From Patescibacteria group bacterium (GTDB lineage Bacteria > Patescibacteriota > Minisyncoccia > Phycocordibacterales > Phycocordibacteraceae), in the NCBI GenBank assembly GCA_004322365.1, contig SCTS01000005.1, forward strand, positions 67,697 to 131,696: a stretch of 64,000 nt of DNA, written 5' to 3'. The notes below the pieces were generated by a model, which was not told where the DNA came from, searched no databases, and saw only the letters and a program-made list of their open reading frames with translations. Position numbers and translations under genes: made by a program. Shown in pieces: positions 63,894 through 64,000 of the stretch (position 1 is its first letter; each line of letters begins with the position of its first letter).

Positions 63894-64000
63894 TTAAGCA
63901 GCAGGAGTTTCTTCAACTGCGGTTTCAGCAGGAACTTCAGCAGGTGCCTCAGGAGCAACGACTTCGGCCTTTACTTCAACAACTGATTCTTCTTTTTTGA
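63894..64000 (-). CDS. C-terminal Ala/Glu/Pro tail of a truncated gene, possibly ribosomal protein S16
   Basis: Manual translation KKEESVVEVKAEVVAPEAPAEVPAETAVEETPAA*; identity inferred only from the usual rpsP-khpA-trmD order. Confidence 0.45.
   Translation of the reverse strand, partial: KKEESVVEVKAEVVAPEAPAEVPAETAVEETPAA

Overview
64 kb of AT-rich, gene-dense bacterial chromosome. The content (compact RpoB/RpoC, CPR-type pilin, Lys-rich RpoD N-terminus, many orphan membrane or secreted proteins, -10 boxes just upstream of start codons) points to Patescibacteria/CPR, Parcubacteria-like; this is inference. Core genes include rpoB, rpoC, dnaG, rpoD, hisS, prmC, trmD, a KH-domain gene, lexA, uppP and mscL. 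Metabolic genes are pyk, class I aldolase, glpX, zwf, gnd, purF and partial ribH. There is also a PAS/histidine kinase/two-receiver cluster and several large surface proteins. Most notable features: (1) a tRNA-Asn(GUU) split inside its anticodon by a 221-nt ORF-less group I intron, with a free-standing HNH endonuclease gene divergently next to it; (2) tRNA-derived hairpin repeats that bracket a 4.3 kb adhesin gene; (3) several families of small palindromic or heptamer-repeat elements, intergenic and also in frame inside trmD, prmC and an rRNA methyltransferase; (4) an RpoB rifampicin pocket with four key residues changed; (5) a perfect GAAC-N4-GTTC box in the lexA promoter; (6) several small ORFs missing from the supplied track, including a Cys-rich metallothionein-like peptide. 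No CRISPR array, integrase or transposase was seen. Some start codons were moved from the ORF track where a -10 box or the protein sequence favoured a downstream ATG.
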